From contig CM119271.1 of the NCBI GenBank assembly GCA_051294375.1, positions 3,620,610-3,684,609 of the forward strand: a stretch of DNA of 64,000 nt. Reading direction: 5' to 3'. The notes beneath the pieces were generated by a model, which searched no databases, was not told the origin of the DNA, and saw only the letters and a list, made by a program, of their open reading frames with translations. Shown piece after piece: positions 56,601 to 64,000 of the stretch. Both the position numbers and the translations under genes were made by a program. Origin of the DNA: Paraspadella gotoi. Taxonomy: Eukaryota; Animalia; Chaetognatha. Numbering within the stretch: the stretch's first letter is position 1; each line of letters opens with the position of its first letter.

Positions 56601-57830
56601 TAAACTGAGATTTGTAAACAATGTTTCGTTTCTGTTCTCTTCACCCTCGACCATTTCATACGTCTATTTCTCTCTCCGTCAGTATTTCTGCCACATGTGC
56701 ATCTTATCTAACACTTACACACTTCTGCTTTAAGCTAACCTCAAAAACACTCGTCTCGCCCTGCGTTTACTGTAAATTCTTGTTCTAACTTTTCACATGA
56801 ATCTGGTGCAAATAACTTTTCACAATTTCTCATTTTCTTCCCTGTCAGCAAAATTTATTTTTGCTATTTTTTTTCAAGCCCCCTGATCCCAAAGATTACA
56901 GATATATAAATAATAAGATGTTTGTCATTAAATATAGGTGCAAAATACTCAGAAATCAAAAGAATGAATCCAAAAAAACCAATCAAAATCAATCTAAATG
57001 CATAAAATCTTGATACAATTAATACACATTTCTCACCTTAATCAACTTCAATACAAATGTCAGAGACCATGGGATACCCATCAATATGTATAATTCTCAA
57101 TTCGTTCTACATCAATAATACGTCGCGCAAGCTCAGCGATTTAAGTTCACAACTTTAAAATAGTCCAATGCCGCGCGAGGAGAATGATGAAAACGTTTAA
57201 TCTCTCATATTTGAAGTACCCACAAAATAACTCTAACAGATTTGCATCCTGATATCTCATAATAATACGTAATTGATATTAGAATAATAGATAATATAGT
57301 CTGATAAACAAACTCAATTCCGGTTTGAGTGATTGTTCATGGAACGTGTCTGTAATATAATGCTTGGGCGACATAATTTGAAAGGTTAAAATTTCTCATT
57401 AGGTAATTTTAATCTCGGCTGGCAACGAGTCGAACAGCTAAAACGACGATAACCATCACAGGCTTTTTACTGCTTTTTTTTCTTCAAGTGTGAGAAAAAT
57501 GGGCGATATTCAGCGGCCGAAAAGAACAGTCGGACTTAATGGATTAGCCGAAACAGCCGCTTGCAGCGCATCGGGTAACGAGGAGTCCTCTCATTATTCG
57601 TCGTTGTTGTCGGTCGTTGTTGTCTGTTTACGTTGCCGATTAAAAGAAAACAAATGTGGTTTTGTCCTGGAGGAAACACTTTGAAGTAATAATATACTGT
57701 TTGCGTATTTTTGTTTTGAAATACGATATGTACCAAAAAGACGAATACTTTTGAAATTTAAATCTGCGAACAGCCGATGAATTCGAACCTCGTGTCCGAA
57801 CCTTCATATCCGCCCGTCACACGCTCGCAG
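53699..57830 (+). repeat. Direct duplicate of ~51060-53673, increasingly noisy and expanded; probable raw-read artefact
   Basis: 53790-54780 is nearly identical to 51110-52080. The ~1.6 kb at 52100-53673 is then stretched to ~3 kb by insertions (57370-57825 matches 53290-53673). It starts at the 25-N gap 53674-53698. Confidence 0.88.
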
Positions 57831-58140
57831 GCATCCTGTTAACGGACGCCCTCTTTTAAAGTAACTTTAAGTATTCTATTTAAGAATAGAAAAGCGATTA
57901 GGTCATTACAGGATGAAATACGCGCGCTCCGCCGGCGGAACCTACAAGTCCTCCGTAGCATAATGTGAGACAAAACGATACTTTATTCTCATTGAACTCA
58001 TGAAACCTTTAACTGCTCTCTCTCTCTCTCCCCCCCTAAAGGCCCCCTAATTTTTGCTTTTTAACAAACAACGATTTTTAAATCACTTGGAAAAAGACGG
58101 GACAACGCTTTGTCGGCTCTAATCCCAGGCCCTTCATCTG

Positions 58141-58329
58141 AGGCTCGCCTACCCCTAATATCTTTACCCTACCCCTAATCTGTGTACTTAAACCCATAAT
58201 CCCAATTATTTTTCCCCAACCTTATTTACTTTTCCTTAAATCTAAACCCCTAACCCCTAACCTCAACCCTAACCCTAACTAAATTCCCAATTTAAGATGA
58301 AGCGGGGTGTTTTGAGAAAATAAAGCCTA
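58141..58329 (-). mobile_element. Same TIR/TTAGG(G) element, copy 3 (reverse orientation, one end degenerate)
   Basis: Minus strand reads GGCTTTATTTTCTCAAAACACCCCGCTTCATCTTAAATTGGGAATTTAGTTAGGGTTAGGG, matching the 5' end of copies 1 and 2. Confidence 0.6.
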
Positions 58330-58653
58330 AAAAAACTAGATCTAACTTTAGTTTTTTGAACGTTTAAGCAGTTGATAAGTCACAATTTAACATCCTCCGG
58401 ATGTAATAATTCTAATTCACTCCTCGCGTTATCTCAGCCAATCGCTGAATTTCCATCGGTGCGTCTCCGCGTTTTCCCCAATCGGCTTAATTTTGTCGAC
58501 GAAAAGAAAAACTGAAATATGCAAATTCGATTTAATCGCTCGACTGAGGAAGGAGCTCGTATTTTTTTTTTCCGACGGGTTAATGCGTTCGAAATTCGGA
58601 GAGTTATTTTTTTTATGACTTCGTGCATTGATAAGAAATGTAAAAATCAATGA

Positions 58654-58688
<35 letters not shown>

Positions 58689-61600
58689 NNNNNNNNNNNN
58701 NNNNNNNNNNNNNAGTCTTTTTACAGCGAATCCAAAATCAGTTCTTAAAAAATAAAAAAAAAATATTTGAAATTTGACGATTTTATAAGGATATTACTAC
58801 ATAAATAATTGAATTTGCTATACTGTTATGCTAAAAAAATTTTTAAAGGATTTAAAATTCATTAATTATATGTCCATAGGTAGCAAAAAAATAATGTTCA
58901 TATCCCAATCTTTTCATCACTTCCACCCATATGCGGATAATACTGTCCATACAGAACCTGAAGTACGCCAGTCCAGTCGAGCCGCAGCCAATGCATGATA
59001 TTCATCCAATTGGGATTGGCGTACGCTCGATGCAATGACTCGGTTCTTCCCCTGCAAGCGGCGCTACTGCGGCCACGACCGATAGCGCGGCGCTAACGCT
59101 GCTCCGTATCTCTAATTAAATTTCTGTTGTTGTAACACAATTAAAAAACTTTGGTTTCCTAAATCATAACAACAACGAAACGAAAGGTTTATCGATATAA
59201 AATGTTATATATTAACTTCTTTGTAAAAAAGGTTTTTTAGAAATATTCATATGTTTCATCAATAATTTAAGTATTTTTTCCCGTATAAATTTTACGCCTT
59301 CATATATGATTTAATTTGTAATATGCCAAATCTAGAATTATACATATTCTATATATAAATATGCATATTATAGAAAGTAATTTGCATATTGCCAATAAAT
59401 CCAATTGAAAAAAAAAGTTGCAATACCAAAAAAAATAATTTGAATCATATTGAGTATATATTACAAAGATTTTTAAAATAATGAAAAAGCCAACATATCT
59501 AATTCTTTTTTTAATTTACTACTCGAATTCGGCATACTTTCTTATAAAAATCCTATAGTTTAATTTTTGCAATGTTTTTTTTATTAAGAAAAAAATTCGT
59601 ATGTAAGCTCCAGTCAACAACTTAAAATATTATAAAAAAAAGACGTAACACACGATCTTGACTGGATTACGTCACCAAGTAGCCCTAAGACCGAACCAAT
59701 ATATCTAGGCCCTATGACCGGGCCTTAAAGACCCGCTGGCTTGAATTAAAGAAACCCCCTCCCCGTCGACCTAGCGCGAGAGGAAGGAGCAATGACGCAC
59801 GTCGGGCAGAGAAACGTTGGGACTATAAGACCGGACGCTGGCCGCGCCCGCTAAAGCTTTAATAAGTATTCTTTTATCCACTGTACTTGCGGGGAGGGAT
59901 TTCTATTGATATTTAATGGACCTGAATAAAAATTAATCAAAGCATATGATGATTCATACAGACAGATAAATAATAATAACTAACTAAATTTAACTCAAAG
60001 AAGCTTACATAGTAAATAAATACAAACAAATAAAAACTAATGCGTCCATTATAGGCGTCCAGAAATTTTAATTATTGTTTGTAGAGAAGTAGTCCCGCTT
60101 TTCAGAGCCGAAATACTGGAAATGCACCGCAATAAGAGATGAAAGAGACGAAATGTCAGATATCTCCTATTTGATTAAAAGACGCATCTGCAGTTCGTCG
60201 CTGCGTACTTTACATGGCGCATGGATTAAAAATACTGAAGATGAACAGCCAATTACATTTCAAATTTGGAAGTAATAAATAACATTTCCCTGGATATTAA
60301 TACTGCTCCACGAGGTTATGCCTCAGCGCAAAACGAAGGTTTTTTTTATGAGGAATTAAGCTAGAAAAAGAAGAGTCGAACGAAAGCCGACGGAAGAGGC
60401 ATAACTTTCTGAGGTGAGCAAAACAAATTAAAGCAATTCAAATATCATACATTTTTTAATATTGTGTTATTATTTTTGTTATTTGAGTTAAAAATTAACG
60501 CCAAAACAAGCGAAAAAAGATTAGATAAATAATGATTATATATAAAAAAACAATTAATAATAAAACACTATCAAAAAAAAAAAAATTAAGGTTAAAAAAA
60601 TATACATTAGGTAGGTAGAGTTTGCGCTTAGGCGCGAAGTAAGTTTGGACGGTTAAAGGTTTTAAATTAAGTTTCAGGTATTAAACAGTATAATGATAAT
60701 CAAAATATTTTAAAAAAAAAATAAATGTTTAATAATATTTTCCCAAAATTTCTCATCAGCGCATTTCTAACAATACCATTGTGTGTTAACCGCGTTTTTA
60801 AATTTATGAAATTTATATTTCCGTAACAGAAACAAACTTGTATTTTTTTTTCTCTTCGTGAAGACTAGTTGTCCATGAAGCCTCCCCGAGCGTTATTCCA
60901 ATCCCGGGATCGCCGATTTATTCAATGTTATACCTGGCTTCTCACTCAAGCTTATACTAAAGTTTGCTGCCCGCCTTACTAATATGGCCTAACCTCCTAA
61001 CCTAACCCTAAACTGTCCCACTACCCGATCAGCACGCTTAACGAAAATTATGTGCCAAAAACCCTATATTAAAGACATAGAATTAAATCAAATTAATCAC
61101 GGAAAAACTTAGTCCCGCCTCTGAATATGCAGGTCATCACCATTAGGCAAACCAAAATCTCGAATATTGCCAAAGTCAAAAAATGCACAATGACCCGCGA
61201 AAAATAGTAGTCGCTTATGATTATCGATTGATTTATTAAATAAATATTACTAAAAATGATATTAAATTTTAATCTATTTTGTGGATCTAAATTTTTGTCT
61301 GAAAGTGCATCCAAAGCCATTACGAAAGCCCATACGAAGAAAATCCAGCACGGGAAAGATGACCCGCGTTTCATTATGTTACGCCAACGTGGTCTATTCT
61401 GAAGCCCCGGATTTCGCTCAAACCAAAGATTTTCCGCGGAGCCACAGCCAGAAGCCACAAGCCACTGCGCCATTGGAGGCGCTCACCCGAAGGACCGTGG
61501 ACACGAGAAAGCCAGCAACAAGAGACTAAGAAGACTAAAAACATTGCCAAAAAGCAAATTAAGAATACGACACAAAGAAAAGAAGTTAACTTCCCAAAGC

Positions 61601-62399
61601 GAAATGCATAAACAATAAGAATGGAATAAACGGAAAATTTAAAATAAATTCCAAAAGAACAAAAATCAATGCATTTGGACATTTGTGAAGTCTTTAAGAG
61701 TAAATACATATATAATCTGATCATAAAATTCATTCACGAACGCTTCCCACAGAACTACAAAAGGCAAAGTTCCAATAGCACCCTATCTAACAATTGCTGA
61801 CCAAACCCTTCAGAAATCAACTTTAAATTCTAACAAATAGTGGCATGAGGAACAGTTTAAATATATAAAACTACGACTGAAAAAAAATCACAAGAATATA
61901 ATTCTGAATTCGGCTGCTCCGGTGTAAATTCAGAGCAAGCAAAGCATGCAAGTAATCTCTCAGGGCGCGCCTCCATTGATTGGGTTTTTCGTGGGGGTGG
62001 CATTAATCGAATGAAGCCAAAGACAATATGTCGTCTATCTTAAATACTAAGTACATAGCCCATAATTACCTTTTTGTTTTCTAAATTATCGCAGATACAG
62101 ACAGTTAGGAAAAAGAAACATATAAAAAAACAACAGGATACAAACCATATGTCCTTCAGTTTATTCAACTTTTAGACAACCTCATTAAAACTAACTGTCA
62201 AAAGATTCAGCTCAAAGCGCTCCCCCACAGCTCCATCGTCCTTAAGGACCCCGTATAGCTCCTTTTTCGAAGAATGACCCTATGACAAAACACTTTTGTG
62301 TTGGGCCCATTCGGAACATAGTATATTTTTTGATTGAAGAACCCATATTTTTAACGGAAATCGAACAGAAAAATCTGTATTATTCCTTCGAGCCACCGA

Positions 62400-62960
62400 A
62401 CTCGTCTCCCTCGCCATTACCTACCCGCTAACCTCAACCCTAACCCTAACTAAATTCCGCAACCTTTAAGGACTGAAGACGCCAGCAATGTAAAACAAAA
62501 AAGTGTGTTTTTGAGAAAAGATAAAGCCTAAAAAAAAACTGAACGATCTAACTTTTAAGTTTTACTTGTTACGGACACGTAGTTAAGCCAGCTTGATACA
62601 GCTCTACCTAATGCGTTAACATGGCCTCCGGATGTAATATTGTCTAATTCACATCCTCCGGGAGTTAATCTCAGCCAATCAGCTGAAATTTCAATCGCGA
62701 ATGAATCGTCTACCGGCTGATAATTCCCGCAAATCGGTCCCCTAACTATAAATCTTTTGTCAGACGACATAAAAGAACCAAAAGCTGCACTCATGCAAAT
62801 CCTCGAAATAATTAATCGCGCCGACTGAGGAAGGAGCCTCACGTATCTTTTTTTTTTGCCGACCGAGACCGATGTTCCCACTGGCCGCTCTCTGAAATTC
62901 GCGAGACGCCCTCATTCTGTTTTGTACTAGACTTCGTTGCATTGATACAGGAAACTGGTT
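62400..62960 (+). repeat. Insertion-rich duplicate of ~58230-58650
   Basis: Shared anchors CTAACCTCAACCCTAACCCTAACTAAATTCC, CTCCGGATGTAATA, TCTCAGCCAATC, CGACTGAGGAAGGAGC and GACTTCGT(T)GCATTGATA appear in the same order with extra bases between them. Confidence 0.85.
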
Positions 62961-64000
62961 GAACAACATCCAATGAACGCACTGAACATATACCCATCGC
63001 CAGAAACACACTAAGGACATAAAACCCGCCTCGGAAACATACCACTATGGAGCCGCATGGGAGAGACCATCTGAGAGGGGAATGAGAGACAGACACACAA
63101 CCGACAGACGATAACCACGACAAACCATAAGAGAGACGATGACAGTCAAAGAGAAGACAGCAAGGAGAAATAAAGAGAGAGCAGAGAAAGACTAGAGCAG
63201 TGATAGATAGAGAGGCAGACCCTAGAGCCACAAAATAAATGATAAAGATGAGAGAGAGAGAGAGAGAGAGAGAGTAAGAGAACGAGAGAGAAAGTATAGA
63301 GAGAGAGATAGACGTTCATCTTCATCATCGTCTTCTTCTTCATCATCGTCCTCGGCCGGCGTCTTTCCTCGGTTGCTTCGCCAATCTTCACGTCAACTCG
63401 TGACGTCATAGACTTGGTCCGACAACGTCATTATCGTCGTCGCCGTCGTCGTCGTTTCCATTATCGTCGTCGTAATTATCGTTGTCGCCGTCATTATCAT
63501 CGTCGAAATTATCGTCTTAATCGTCGTCGTCGTCGTTATCGTCGTCGTCATCATCGTCGATTCTCTTTTTCTCTCACGACTCCCGCTCTCGACTTAACCC
63601 TTACCCTCAAAAGTTTGACCCCCCCCCCCTCATCCCTCACTCCATAACCCACCCTTCTCTACCCATTGCCCGGTCAACAACAACGACAACAACGACGACA
63701 AAATGACGACGACGAAAAAAACCGTGATCCGAATTTCCTCCTCCGGATGAACCAAGAAAACAAACAATAACAACAACGACAATATCATGACAGGAGATAA
63801 CAACGACGACGACAGTCCGTCGTAGGATCGCGTGTCGAGTTGGAATCGCAGTTTTTAAAAAAAAAAAAAATTTTAAAAGAAATTTTGAAAAGAAATTTAT
63901 TGATAATCACGATCTGACATGTAAAAAATAAAAAGATCAAATCGAAGTTTACAAAAATATTACTCTATGGCAACAGGGATACATGGGGGATGGACGGGGG

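Overview
This is an animal (probably invertebrate) draft-genome window. It is AT-rich and gappy, and it is full of (GA)n, (GAAA)n, (GAC)n and (CAT)n microsatellites, so most of the supplied ORFs are repeat or N artefacts. The one solid gene is an intact 9-exon tryptophan 2,3-dioxygenase (TDO2/vermilion-like, 377 aa, minus strand, 30943-34221). I reconstructed it by hand with consistent splice phases; it has a GC-AG intron 2. A second plausible gene fragment encodes a charged plus Ala-rich protein (15467-16138, minus). Other content: a ~6.8 kb satellite of ~135 bp monomers with higher-order structure; a small TIR-bounded element family filled with degenerate TTAGG(G) repeats (one copy in TDO intron 8); a Penelope-type minimal hammerhead-like motif in an inverted repeat; several minisatellites; and a possible Gag (PNMA-like) relic. 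Five duplications, including an inverted, indel-ridden partial TDO copy at ~40.2-42.2 kb, each abut a gap of exactly 25 N. They most likely reflect raw long-read gap-filling rather than biology. I found no well-supported new biological system; the ribozyme-like motifs, the telomere-repeat element and the Ala-rich gene are the best leads.
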